Origin: Macrostomum lignano
Taxonomy: Eukaryota
Length of the DNA stretch: 64,000 bases
Assembly (NCBI GenBank): GCA_002269645.1
Contig: NIVC01001401.1
Span: forward strand, 1-64,000
Direction: 5' to 3'
The first letter of the stretch is position 1. Every line of letters starts with the position of its first letter. This document shows, one piece after another, positions 26,646-49,600 of this stretch. The notes under the pieces were generated by a model. It was not told the DNA's origin and did no database searches. It saw only the letters and a program-made list of their open reading frames with translations. The position numbers and the translations under genes are program-made.

Positions 26646-27179
26646 CTGAAAGCACAGACAAAATATAAGTCTCGCATCGCATTTGTAGCGACTTTGCTGC
26701 TTTTGCTACTTATTAGTAAGACACTTGCGAGTTTTAATGCTTTTTTCAATGCTACGCATTTAATGCGAAATGATTAGCACAGAAACAGTGAAATGTATAT
26801 GAGTATTTTAGTAATTAAATACACATTTAAGACAAAAATCAGTATGACACAGCTGAATGGCCAAGTATATTTATTGTTTTCAGAGAAATATATACGTCGG
26901 CAAAACAGGACACAACAAGTGAGTCACATGGGCGTTTCGACAATTGATCTGCGGGTGGAACTGGCCACGCGCAACGAACGGATCAAACAGTCCAGGGCAG
27001 CATGCAGCGCTTCCAGGGCAAGTGAAATTGTGGCTTGGCTTTTTGACACTTGCTATGTGCTCTTGTCTGCAGATCCTGCCTTGCATCGAGACCTATTAGG
27101 GCGCTGGGATACAATATTGATGATTTAATGGACTGAAATGCGACGGTTGAGAATTGGGACAGGAAAACTCAGATTTATA

Positions 27180-27570
27180 GACTGGGGTTTGCAGATTTAG
27201 GTTTGGAGATTGGGACTTTAAGATAGGGATTTATAGATCGGGACTTTAAGATAGGGATTATAGATTGGGACTTTAAGATTGGGATTTATAGATTGGGATT
27301 CATAGATTGGGATTTATAGATTGGGACTTTAAGTTTGGGATTTATAGATTGGGATTTATAGATTGGGATTCATAGATTGGGATTTATAGATTGGGACTTT
27401 AAGATTGGGATTATAGATTGGGACTTTAAGATTGGGATTTATAGATTGGGACTTTAAAACTGGGATTCATAGACTGGGATTTATAGATTGGGATTTATAA
27501 ATGGGGATTTATAGATTGGGGATTCATGGATTGGGATTCATAGATTAGGACTTACAGATTGGGATTATAG
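27180..27570. repeat. 14-15-bp minisatellite AGATTGGGATTTAT / AGATTGGGACTTTA
   Basis: About 26 units. Confidence 0.88.
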
Positions 27571-28458
27571 GCCAAACAATGGTGAATAGATGGCGGCAAT
27601 GTGCAAAATATATAGACAACATGCATACACTGGCGCAGCTGCTCATTACACAAATAAGGTAGAAAACTGATCAATTACAATGAACACAGAACAGAACAGG
27701 GCAGAACAGAGAAGCAGACAAGCACATTGGTTAATGTCAGGAAAGCAACAACAGCATTAAATAGCCCGAAGTATTAATAATAGTTAATATTAGTAATCGG
27801 CGTCCTACTGACAGTAGAAATAGCAGGGTATTTTTGTTCTTAAATGTTTATCCAGCACATTCAACTCTGTGCATTACATCATTGAGAGAGATAGATAATG
27901 AAATGCCGGCTGGCTGAATTTAATAAACAACATTAATTTTAGCGCGAATACGCAGAACTCAGTAGTAATAAGCTACAAACAATTAAGACGGTGCTTTCTT
28001 TATATATTAAATAATATGAACAAGACTGAAGAGGCAGAGACAGCTGCATTTAGAAGGAAACATGTTGAAATCAAATGCGCACACCTGCCTACTCATAAGC
28101 GTGGTCACTATTCAGTAGTAAGTATAGCCTTAGATGTTATAGGATGAAAATTGGACAAAAATATTGGTGATAAGCTGTTTTGTAGAGTTTTAGGGTAAGA
28201 AATTTATTAAATAATAATAGTTGATGACAAACACGGTGTGAAGCATAGAATAGGGGACAGAGCCAAAAAACAGTGTATATATAATAAATATATAGACTAA
28301 TTTTAGTAGCAAATAATCGCTTTTTTGTTGCACCAAATAATAGTGCCAAACTCCGACACGATGAAATTTGCAGCCATATATTTTCCAGTATGTTTAGGCC
28401 AACCGCATGTGCCTTGACAGTGTCGTACTGTATTGGTATATAAAAATACTGTGGTAAT

Positions 28459-37420
<8,962 letters not shown>

Positions 37421-37464
37421 GCACTGCCTGGAATTTATATGGGCAGTTATAGTATGTTTAATCC

Positions 37465-37530
37465 TTACTGATTAGATGGCGAAGCATTATAGCCTTCGGA
37501 TAGAGTCATAGTTGCTCTTGCCGTTTACCC
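37465..37530 (-). other. 66-bp diverged fragment of 28S rRNA (H69-H71, R2/I-PpoI target region), copy 1
   Basis: About 47/66 ungapped identity, counted by hand, to the conserved eukaryotic GGGTAAACGGCGGGAGTAACTATGACTCTCTTAAGGTAGCCAAATGCCTCGTCATCTAATTAGTGA. Confidence 0.6.
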
Positions 37531-40500
37531 ACTGAATAATTTCTGGAGCATTAAAAGCGAATGCAATATAGACATCTCTAACACACACAAATATTTCAGT
37601 ATTAATATTTATAAGATACAAAGTTAATGATTACTAATACACAGAAAGCCTAAAAACTATAAAAAGCAGACTTGAAATAATGTAAAAAATAGAAATACAC
37701 AGATTAAATAAACTCATTAATTAGAATAATAGCTAAAATATAATAAAATATGCATATTGCATAAATATTCTTCTAATGCAAAACTGCATCATTTTTAGAA
37801 TTTAATAATTTATAATACTTTAATGTTTAAACCCCAAAAATATATTGTATCAAACTAGCAATTGCCTATCAATCTTGCATTGCCAAATTGTTTAATTGCA
37901 TTAATAATACTTATCAATTAAATGTACTTATGACTATATTATATTATGCTATATTATTATAATAAAAAACTATGAAGTTTTGATTGTTATACAAGATAAT
38001 TTAGTCTGATTCTAAATATTATATTCTAGGTATAACTAAATATAAATGCCATTATCCTAATATAATTAATACTTCTAAAATACCATTGAATTTTTGCTTT
38101 TAATAAATATATATTCAGCTTTTCATAATCAATTGGCCAGCTTCTATTAAATCTATACAATTATAGCTATCAAAAAACAATTATTTGTAGTTCACCATTT
38201 ATATTTCTATATAACAAAGAAAAATCTAAAGGTTTTGGCAAAGGTGACTTTAGGAAAAGAGGTTTTGGTGATAGCAATATATTTTAGTGAAAAGGTTTGG
38301 GCAATACAATACCATTGGCTGATAAGTTCATGTGCTATTGCATGAGTAAATATTATGCTTATATTGTCTAAAATAGCTTTTAGTCATACATGGTCTAGAG
38401 ATTATATATGATTTATATGCTAGGATCTAATAGGTTAGGATTTCAAAAATTTTGTGTAATTTAATAAAACATTTATCATAAAATGTTGCCATCCTAAATA
38501 GTGGTGATATGTGTTTGCTTTGCAGTCAGCAAAAAACACCACATCTGATTAATGCTTATGCAACCTACAAACTCATGTTGGCAACTTGGCAACATTCTAT
38601 ACAATGGCAACATTAAATAATAAATGTAATATGTAACAAAAAATTACACACAAATGCAAATCCCGACCTGCTAGATCCCAAACTCTAGCCCACGCATGCC
38701 AGCCGCCATCTTGGACAAGCAAGCATATAAGATTCGCTCATGTAATAGGCACACAAACTTACCAGCCAGTGCTGTCGCCAAAACATTCTTCTGCTCTGCC
38801 GAAAAATCTTCGCCGAAACATCTTGTTCTCGACAAAGTAAAGCCTCTTCATAGAGTCTTTGACTTAACATGCAAGAACCAATTTTAAAGCTTGCATGCAT
38901 GCTGATTTTCATCCTGTAATGAGTTTGTTGCATTTTACTTCTAAAGCCTGCACTCCACTGAGATCAGCCACTGAAAAACGTCTCGTCGTTATGTTGGAAT
39001 TCGCGACAGTTCGATTGGGGAGGGCGGGGACCATGATTTCAGTGTGCCCGTGTGCCGCGACTCCACGATGTTCTGTTCAAAAAAGGAACGAGCTAATTAG
39101 GCAAATCATTAAACTGCTAACGGTTGATAAATGAGGTCGGAGAGCCTTCTGAATATTCTTTTCGCTTCGGACTTTAGTCGGTTTACTTTGTTCTTAAATT
39201 CATGATTAAAAATCTGACAAGTAAAGTCTAGCTGTCAAATTTCCGCGACGATAATTTTATTTCTAAGAAACAATATTTAAACATCACATATTACAAATTT
39301 TTTACAAATATAAGTAAGGAATATAGAACTTATCACGTACCAAAGTTTTTTATATTTTAAAGCTTAAACATGAGCAAACGCATTTCGACGTTATGTTTAT
39401 ATGCATAAGATTTTATGGCAACATTTTAACACGAAGGATTCCATTCTTTTTATGGTGAGCATTTCAACCTTCGTCTGCCTGTGCTTTCGAAAATCGTATG
39501 CATATAAAAGATTTTGTCTCAGCCAAAGTAAAATTATTGATAAGATTGCAGTTGTTTTTAAAATATTAAATCGTTTAATATTTTTTATTAATCAATCAGA
39601 TCAATAGAGCTTTTGATTTTTTATACTAAACTCTAGTCTAGAGAAGAGGATCGCTATTAGTATTACTAATAAAATCTGCAGCCTGCAGGTAATGAATTTT
39701 AAATTGCCTTGCATTAATGTGAATAGGGGGAATATAGGATTTCTTTTTTGCTATATTTAACATTTTGGTGGCCGAAAAAATACAATAACAATAAATATAT
39801 GTATTATACTAACTATAGCTATAAAAAGCTTAGTTTTTATGAACCTGGAATTTACTGTTGAAATTTAGAAATGGTTATTACAAACAGCACTAGTAAAACA
39901 AATCCTATATTTTATTCTCTAAGTCTAAATTTATTATGTTAGTGAATTTCGCCATACTAATAAGTCATTCGCTTGATTTGTATTGTTTTTATTTTCAAAA
40001 AAGGCAATTTATTACACACATGTATAAATACAACTGAAGTACCTTTGGGTGACAATATTTCTCTGTCTTTGGGCAACGGTATCAATAATTTCGATGAAAT
40101 ATGTTCATTTTAGGAGACAGACCGTTATGGGGTCTGTTTGCATAATTTACCTTTCCATTAAATAGAGAGATTACACATGGCTGTGGAAGAGGCTAGGAAT
40201 TTGTCACATATTGTAAAACTATGATTTAAGTTATTACAACTGATGCCAAGTCCTTGCTTTGTCCTCGATTTTGTTTCTCATTTGTTGTTTAGAAAAATAG
40301 TTAATTTAAGAGTTTAGAATAGCCCATGGCGCACTGTATTTTCTTAAGCAAACTAAACATACTAAAAGAAAATGCTTGAAGTTCTAAGTTTGCAATCTGT
40401 TAGCGTTTTAATAAATAACCAAAATTAACAATATACCGCCTTTTCTTACTCGCACTGCGGCTAACAATTTGCTTTTGAACCGCTTTCAGACTCACACGCA

Positions 40501-40617
40501 CAAGCGGCTTCAGTGCAGGGTTTTAACCGCGTTAGCCACTGGTTTGCGTTAACCCCGCGAGCCCCAAGAGGGTAGAGAGAAGCTAGAGAGTAAAAGAGGG
40601 CCGATCCCTCCTGTTTC

Positions 40618-43600
40618 ATGTCCGGCAGTCGAGGCTCCGTTCGTCGTCAGGACTCCAGGGAGGACTCATTCTACGGCGGCGGTCGCCAAAGCTCCACAGG
40701 CGAGAATCGTCGCCACAACGGTGTTAGCCGGGACCGGAGTCCGTCCCCGGCGCGCACTTTCTCTCGTCGAAGTCGGACGCCGTCACAGTCGCCGCAGCGG
40801 CAGCAGCAGCAGCCAGGCAGTCCGGCCTACAGCGAAGAGTTTGAGTCCGATCCCGAGTACGATCAGCATTCCAAGACTGCTCTCAAAGGTAAAGTAGATA
40901 TGGATTTAGTTAGCTTATCAAGAGCTTAAGTGGCATGCAAGTTTCAGCTAAATTTATTCATTAACACTAACACGCCTAATCCATTTTTTAACTATTTTAT
41001 TTGGTTTTCATATGCCCAAGGTTGACTCCCTCTGCGTCACGGTATCTAATTACTGGCTGTTTATTGTTCCTGCCCAATCTTGTCATCCAACTGTTGCAGA
41101 CGAAGAGCCTGAAAAACCGCGACAGGCTAAACGAAAACCGGGTTCCGGCCCGTCTGGGGCCTCTAGTGGACCGGTTAAAGGTAAAATAAATGTATTGCGG
41201 CGCTTCCATTAGCTGTGCAAGCCTCAGGACATGAGAAGACATGATGAGGTTGTCATAAGAATACATCCAATGAGCAGTCCCTCAGTGCAAAGTCCTGCAG
41301 CCATGGGCCGCGCTGTACTCTCTACTGAAAACAAATGTTTTAAAGTTGCAAATCAAACAACTTGAAAAACTAAAAATCCATAAAATTCTGAACTGACATC
41401 CTTCTGATTTGTTGTTTTGATTTTGCTGTTATTTGCAATACCAATTGCACGTCTATTCTTGCAAATTGATGCATATTTACATTATATGAGTATGATTAGT
41501 GCAGCACAGGCAGACTCCGCATGCAATGCCTCGTAAATTTGTTGTTATCAAAAATTTTTCATTTTATTTAAGAATTCCAGCATTCAATACAAGACACGGC
41601 CAGACATATTCAACCCATGCTCCGACAACTGTCTATGGGCAAAAGCGTGTATGGGGAGAGAATTCAATTTAAGCCACGGCCAGCCATATTCAACCCATGC
41701 TCCGACAACTGTCTATGGGCAAAAGCGTGTATGGGGAGAGAATTCAATTTAAGCCACGGCCAGCCATATTCAACCCATGCTCCGACAACTGTCTATGGGC
41801 AAAAGCGTGTATGGGGAGAGAATTCAATTTAAGCCACGGCCAGCCATATTCAACCCATGCTCCGACAACTGTCTATGGGCAAAAGCGTGTATGGGGAGAG
41901 AATTCAATTTAAGCCACGGCCAGCCATATTCAACCCATGCTCCGACAACTGTCTATGAGCAAAAGCGTGTATGGGGAGAGAATTCAATTTAAGCCACGGC
42001 CAGCCATATTCAACCCATGCTCCGACAACTGTCTATGGGCAAAAGCGTGTATGGGGAGAGAATTCAATTTAAGCCACGGCCAGCCATATTCAACCCATGC
42101 TCCGACAACTGTCTATGGGCAAAAGCGTGTATGGGGATGGAATTGAATTTCAGATATCGAGCAGTTTCAATGCTCTGTCGGTGTCTGTGCCATAGACTAT
42201 GGACAGTGTTTTGACCATAGACGAAAGTTGAGTATGATTGTCAGTGTCTTAAAATGAATACTGGAATTATTAAAACTAAATGAAAAAAATGAACGCTATA
42301 ATTAATTTATGCAATGCAAAATTACACCCATCATTGGGGAACTTCATATACTCTATAATATTTTTGCTTGCTTTGCTGTGTTCTAACTAGCGAAAGAGTT
42401 TGAAACAAAAGCTTTTAATATGCCACTGTAACTTAGACAGCAAATTAAGGGTTCAAAGTAGAGATGGAATTGTCCAAATAGCACCTAGTAATTGCCATGT
42501 AGAAACAGCAGCTGAGAGTTGATACCTAATCCTGTCCGGGATATGTCATTTGCACTGTCATAGCTGTAGTCATGATAATGCAATCTATCTATTCTGTGAG
42601 TTTTAAAGCATGCTAAATCATATGATGGCAATCTCTCTCTCTTTGCACAAGGCATACTGAAGTCAAAGTAGATGCACCATAAGCCACTCGCAAAACCCTC
42701 GAGCTACAACCCTGAGTCATCCTCAGAACTCCTGCAACCCAGAGTAACCCTCATAGCTGCAACCCTAAGTCACCCTCAGAGTTCCAACCCTGAGTCACCC
42801 TCATAGCTGCAACCCTAAGTCACCCTCAGAGCTCCTGCAACACTGAGTCAACCTCATAGCTACAACCCTGAGTCACCCTCAGAGCTCCTGCAACACTGAG
42901 TCACCCTCATAGCTACAACCCTGAGTCACCCTCAGAGCTACAACCCTGAGTCACCCTCAGAGCTACAACCCTGAGTCACCCTCAGAGCTACAACCCTGAG
43001 TCACCCTCAGAGCTACAACCCTGAGTCACCCTCAGAACTCCTGCAACACTGAGTCACCCTCATAGCTACAACCCTGAGTCACCCTCATAGCTACAACCCT
43101 GAGTCACCCTCAGAGCTACAACCCTGAGTCACCCTCATAGCTACAACCCTGAGTCACCCTCATAGCTACAACCCTGAGTCACCCTCAGAGCTACAACCCT
43201 GAGTCACCTCAGAACTCCTGCAACACTGAGTCACCCAATCGAATTGCAGCCAAAAGGACGGTGGCAGGCGGCAGGCAAAACCAGCAGCACCGAAGCAACA
43301 CCCAGCGGTCGCAGCAGGCCGGAGCGAGGCCTCATCACTTGTCGCCAAGGCAACTGGACCAAGCTACCAGGCGAGTGATGAGCGCCAAAAACCGTAAAAT
43401 GGCCGAGTTGAAGAACGAGCTGGAGTTCGCTATGAAGGAGCTGAACGAATTGCGCACAGAGAATCGGCTGCTGCAAAAGCAGAATCGGATTAACGAGCGC
43501 GCTCTTAACAAATACGATAATGAGGACTCCCAGCTGTCGCAGACCATCGCGAGGCATCAGGAGGAGGTGCGCACCCTAAAAGAGCAACTGCGCCGCTACA

Positions 43601-46600
43601 AAGACCGCTGCTCTGAGGCCGGCGCTAGAAACAAAGACTTAGAAGCGGAGAATGCCAGGCTGAAGAAGTTCAACGACCGGCTGCGGGAGCAGGCGAGCCA
43701 GGAGGGCCTGCCGGACCGGGAGGCGCTGGCGAAGCGAGTCTCCGAGCTGGAGAATGACAACGCTGAGAAGGAGAAGAAAATTCAGGTGCGCGAATGTCAC
43801 CTACATTCTGTTATAATTATGTAGCGGAAATCCGCAGTCTGTTTATAACCTATCTACAGTCTGTTTATAACCTATCTACAGTCTGTTTATAACCTATATA
43901 CAGTCTGTTTATAGCCTATCATCAGTCTGTTTATAGCCTATCTACAGTCTGTTTATAACCTATCGACAGTCTGTTTATAACCTATCTACAGTCTGTTTAT
44001 AACCTATCTACAGTCTGTTTATAACCTATCTACAGTCTGTTTATAGCCTATCTACAGTCTGTTTATAACCTATCGACAGTCTGTTTATTACCTATCTACA
44101 GTCTGTTTATAGCCTATCTACAGTCTGTTTATAACCTATCTACAGTCTGTTTATAACCTATCTACAGTCTGTTTATAGCCTAACTACAGTCTGTTTATAA
44201 CCTATCGACAGTCTGTTTATTACCTATCTACAGTCTGTTTATAACCTATCTACAGTCTGTTTATAGCCTATAATCAGTCTGTTTATAGCCTATCTACAGT
44301 CTGTTTATAACCTATCTACAGTCTGTTTATAACCTATCGACAGTCTGTTTATAACCTATCTACAGTCTGTTTATAACCTATCTACAGTCTGTTTATAACC
44401 TATCTACAGTCTGTTTATAGCCTAACTACAGTCTGTTTATAACCTATCTACAGTCTGTTTATAACCTATCTACAGTCTGTTTATAGCCTATCAACAGTCT
44501 GTTTATAGCCTATCATCAGTCTGTTTATAGCCTATCATCAATCTATTTATACCCTATCTACAGTCTGTTTATAGTCCACCCTCAGTCTGTTTATATTCTA
44601 TCCTCAGTCTAGCTGTTTAAAGTCTATTCTCAGTCTGTTTATAGCCTATCATCAGTCTGTTTATAGTCCACCCTTAGTCTGTTTATAGCCTATCATCAGT
44701 CTGTTTATAGCCTATCATCAGTCTGTTTATATCCTATCATCAGTCTGTTTATATCCTATCATCAGTCTGTTTATAGTCCACCCTCAGTCTGTTTATAGCC
44801 TATCATCAGTCTGTTTATAGCCTATCATCAGTCTGTTTATGGTCTGTCCGCAACCTTCGAGCAGGACCTTGAGCGGCACCTGGAGCACCTGCAGAAGAAC
44901 CATCGGCACGAGGTGGCAATCGAGGTCCACCGGCACAAGGAGACGCAGCGTAAAGTTCGCGAGCTTGAAGAGCAACTGCAGGAAGCCACCACCGCTCTCA
45001 AGGTTAGTATTTCGGATCAGCATGCACTATGTATAATCGCATAGATACAAAGATTAACCGAGATCCCTAAAGATCCATACAAATCAATAAATGAGCTCAT
45101 TCATTATGCTGCTGACTGTAATAGGATACCGCTTTGTGCTCAAGAATTGATATCAGAGTAGGCAAAAAGCATGAATAGTGTGTTTAAGGTAGAAGTCCTT
45201 GGTTCGAATCTAGAGCGTCTATCTTGAGTACGCTTCCACAAAACCAGAATTCCAATTCTACAATAACTACATTAAATATCACCGGCTCCCCACAATCCCC
45301 AAGTTCACAATCACCAAGTTTCACAATCCCCAAGCTTAACAATCCTCAAGTTTCACAAACTCCAAGCTCCACAATCCCCAAGCTTCACAATCCCCAAGCT
45401 TCACAATCCCCAAGCTTCACAAACTCCAAGCTTCAGTTTCACAATCCCCAAGCTTCACAATCCCCAAGCTTCACAAACTCCAAGCTTCACAAACTCCAAG
45501 CTTCAGTTTCCCAATCCCCAAGCTTCACAATCCCCAAGCTTCACAATCCCCAAGCTTCACAATCCTCAAGCTTCACAATCCCCAAGCTCCACAATCCTCA
45601 AGCTCCACAATCCCCAAGCTCCACAAACTCCAAGCTTCACAAACTCCAAGCTTCAGTTTCACAATCCCCAAGCTTCACAATCCCCAAGCTTCACAATCCC
45701 CAAGCTTCACAATCCCCAAGCTTCACAATCCCCAAGCTTCACAATCCCCAAGCTTCACAATCCCCAAGCTTCACAATCCCCAAGCTTCACAAACTCCAAG
45801 CTTCAGTTTCCCAATCCCCAAGCTTCACAATCCCCAAGCTTCACAATCCCCAAGCTTCACAATCCCCAAGCTTCACAATCCTCAAGCTTCACAATCCCCA
45901 AGCTCCACAATCCTCAAGCTCCACAATCCCCAAGCTCCACAAACTCCAAGCTTCACAAACTCCAAGCTTCAGTTTCACAATCCCCAAGCTTCACAATCCC
46001 CAAGCTTCACAATCCCCAAGCTTCACAATCCTCAAGCTTCACAATCCCCAAGCTTCACAATCCCCAAGCTTCACAAACTCCAACCTTCAGCTTCACAATC
46101 CCCAAGCTTCACAAACTCCAAGCTTCAGTTTCACAATCCCCAAGCTTCACAATCCTCAAGCTTCACAATCCTCAAGCTTCACAATCCCCAAGCTTCACAA
46201 TCCCCAAGCTTCACAAACTCCAAGCTTCAGTTTCACAATCCCCAAGCTTCACAATCCCCAAGCTTCACAAACTCCAAGCTTCAGTTTCACAATCCCCAAG
46301 CTTCACAATCCCTAAGCTTCACAAACTCCAAGCTTCAGTTTCACAATCCCCAAGCTTCACAATCCCCAAGCTTCACAAACTCCAAGCTTCAGTTTCACAT
46401 TCCCCAAGTTTCACAATCCTCAAGCTTCACAAACTCCAAGCTTCAGTTTCACAATCCCCAAGCTTCACAATCCCCAAGCTTCACAAACTCCAAGCTTCAG
46501 TTTCACAATCCCCAAGCTTCACAATCCCCAAGCTTCACAAACTCCAAGCTTCAGTTTCACAATCCCCAAGCTTCACAATCCCCAAGCTTCACAATCCCCA

Positions 46601-49600
46601 AGCTTCACAAACTCCAAGCTTCAGTTTCACATTCCCCAAGTTTCACAATCCTCAAGCTCCACAATCCCCAAGCTTCACAATCCCCAAACCTCACAATCCC
46701 CAGCTTCACAATCCATTTTAAAATTCAAAAATTTTATTGTATGTTTTAAGATTTTTAAATACAAGCAAATTTGAAATCACATCTCGATGAATGCGATTAC
46801 TTATAGTAGTAAGATTGTGTTCGGGTTGTGTTATTTTGCTAATTGATCAATCTCGCGATCCACCCAACGCCAGGAGAAGGAGAAGATTCTGGACATTCAG
46901 AATATCTACACTCAGAGGGCCGTCCGACCGCCTCATCATCTCAACAGCTCAGCCGGAGGCGGTTCGGTGCAGAATCTGCGGTTCAACAGCGCCTCGAGAT
47001 CCGACTACTCAACGCCAAGAGACAAAATGAAGGCCTACGAGGAGAAACGGCGGCAGCAGATGGAGGTGAGTGACTTGAGCTTTAAAAAATTTTCATCTAA
47101 TTTGAGAACTGTTAAAATTGACATGAAAATCATCAATTCAAAATGGCGCCATCTTCGATTCAAAGTGGCAACATCTTTGATTCAAAATGACAACATCTTC
47201 GATTAAAAATGGCAACATCTTTGATTAAAAATGGCGCCATCTTTGATTCAAAGTGGCAACATCTTCGATTAAAAATGGCAACATCTTTGATTAAAAATGG
47301 CGCCATCTTCGATTCAAAGTGGCAACATCTTCGATTAAAAATGGCAACATCTTCGATTAAAAATGGCAACATCTTTGATTAAAAATGGCGCCATCTTTGA
47401 TTAGAAATGGCAACATCTTTGATTAAAAATGGCAACATCTTTGATTAGAAATGGCAACATCTTTGATTAAAAATGACATCTTTGATTAGAAATGGCAAAA
47501 TCTTTGATTCAAAATGGCAAAATGTGGCAATAAAAAGGACATCTTAGATTAACAAAAGATTGGCAGTTTCAAGTTTTTTAGTGGTTTGGTTCTGTTTTAA
47601 AAACGCGGTTGTTTTTTAAAATAAAATTGAAATAATTCGCTCAAGTCTAGGCTGTTTAGGACTTGCTGTGCACACACTTACGAGCTACGTTGCCGGTGTG
47701 AACACAAAGCTTCATTTTTCTAGACCTGCAAAAAAATTAATCAATACTCGTAAGGCTGGTGCAAGTAGTAGCTAGAGAGAGAAAGAGAATAAACAACTCC
47801 CATTGTTAGCTCAACTTTTTTCGCTGACTCATTCAAGTGTGAATTACAACGTTTTATTTGCCAAAGCTTGTATAGAAACTCTCTCGTAGAATTGAAATAT
47901 TGAAATATAGAGAGGTTTTCAATCGGCTGCAAGCATTGAGGGCCGCGTGGCGCAATGGATAACGCGTCTGACTACGGATCAGAAGAATCCAGGTTCGAGT
48001 CCTGGCGTGGTCGTTCTCTTTTGTTTTTTAGTAAACTACCAAAACTATTAATTTTATTTTTTTTATACAGGCACAGAAAAAGAACAGTACCAACGGAGTA
48101 AGTTATTGATTTATTTAAGACTTCGCTTTTTATTCACCTGTCGTTAACTCAACTGCATTTTTTATGTACGGCTTATTGCTTTCACTCACTTAACGGGCAC
48201 AAGTATACATGGAGTGATCAGGAGCGGCCACCTATTAGGAATTCACTTCACGAATTTTCTAAGAAACATTTGTAACACCGGAAATATTTTGCAGCAGAAA
48301 GGTTTAGCTGAAAGCAGCTAATTATTGTTTTGTGTAGTGGTCTAGTTGAATAGCTCTGTGTTGAAAAGTGGGTTGTATTGTACTCATAGATGTACTCGTA
48401 TCTTATTATTTTATTGTACTTTTGTTATAATAATTGCATTATAAAATTTATTTAATACTACTTAATGTAATAATAATTACTATATGCGGTCTACAATATA
48501 ATAAAATCGTTACTATTATTCAAGTCAGGGGCGTAGCCAGAGGGGGGCAAGGGGGCCGTGGCCCCCAATCACCAACTCTGGCCTTGGCGCCCCCCCTAAA
48601 AGAAACTGGCGCCCCCCCCCCCTATAAGAAACTGGCGCCCCCCCCCCTTATAAGAAACTGGCGCCCCCCCCCTAAAAGAAACTGGCGCCCCCCCCCTATA
48701 AGAAACTCGCGCCCCCCTAAAAGAAACTGGCGCCCCCCCCCCCTAAAAGAAACTGGCGCCCCCCCCCTATAAGAAACTGGCGCCCCCCTAAAAGAAACTG
48801 GCGCCCCCCCCCCTATAAGAAACTGGCGCCCCCCCTAAAAGAAACTGGCGCCCCCCCTAAAAGAAACTGGCGCCCCCCCTAAAAGAAACTGGCGCCCCCC
48901 CCCTATAAGAAACTGGCGCCCCCCTAAAAGAAACTGGCGCCCCCCCTAAAAGAAACTGGCGCCCCCCCTAAAAGAAACTGGCGCCCCCCTAAAAGAAACT
49001 GGCGCCCCCCCCCCTATAAGAAACTGGCGCCCCCCTAAAAGAAACTGGCGCCCCCCCTAAAAGAAACTGGCGCCCCCCCCTAAAAGAAACTGGCGCCCCC
49101 CCTAAAAGAAACTGGCGCCCCCCCCTATAAGAAACTGGCGCCCCCCTAAAAGAAACTGGCGCCCCCCCCTAAAAGAAACTGGCGCCCCCCTAAAAGAAAC
49201 TGGCGCCCCCCCTATAAGAAACTGGCGCCTTCCCTAAAAGAAACTGGCGCCCCCTATAAGAAGCTGGCGCCCCGTAACTCACGGCCCCCCCCAATCAAAA
49301 TTCCTGGCTACGCATCTGATTCAAGTTTTATTATATTATACCGTCGTATTACTGTGGTATCAATCTATGAGCATAGATAAAAATTAAAAAGCATTAGTTA
49401 CTACTGACTTGTGCGGGATGTTGTTCAATTAGTTTAGTTAGTGTAATTCCGTTGTGTTTTTCTGACGTATTTTTTCCCTCAAAATCTCGTGCGCCGACCA
49501 AAAATAAGCACTTTTATTTATTTAAAAATGGATATACCCATCGCTTTGATCAAAAGATGCTGGTCATGCTTCATCGTTTTCTCTGCCGATTTTTGCGACG

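Noticed and set aside
26793-27128. 111-aa plus-strand ORF with splice-like signals upstream of CDK5RAP1
   Set aside because: No recognisable motif and no consistent exon chain; it cannot be supported without expression data.
38700-38715. GCCGCCATCTTG YY1-like motif and GGCAAC half-sites near the SOCS/LCA5 divergent region
   Set aside because: Short motifs with no full X-box and no TSS data; not enough to call a regulatory site.
47980-47990. Variable-loop difference in tRNA-Arg (AGAAT versus the usual AGATT)
   Set aside because: It affects position 47 only; U48 and the A15-U48 pair are intact, so it does not indicate a pseudogene.
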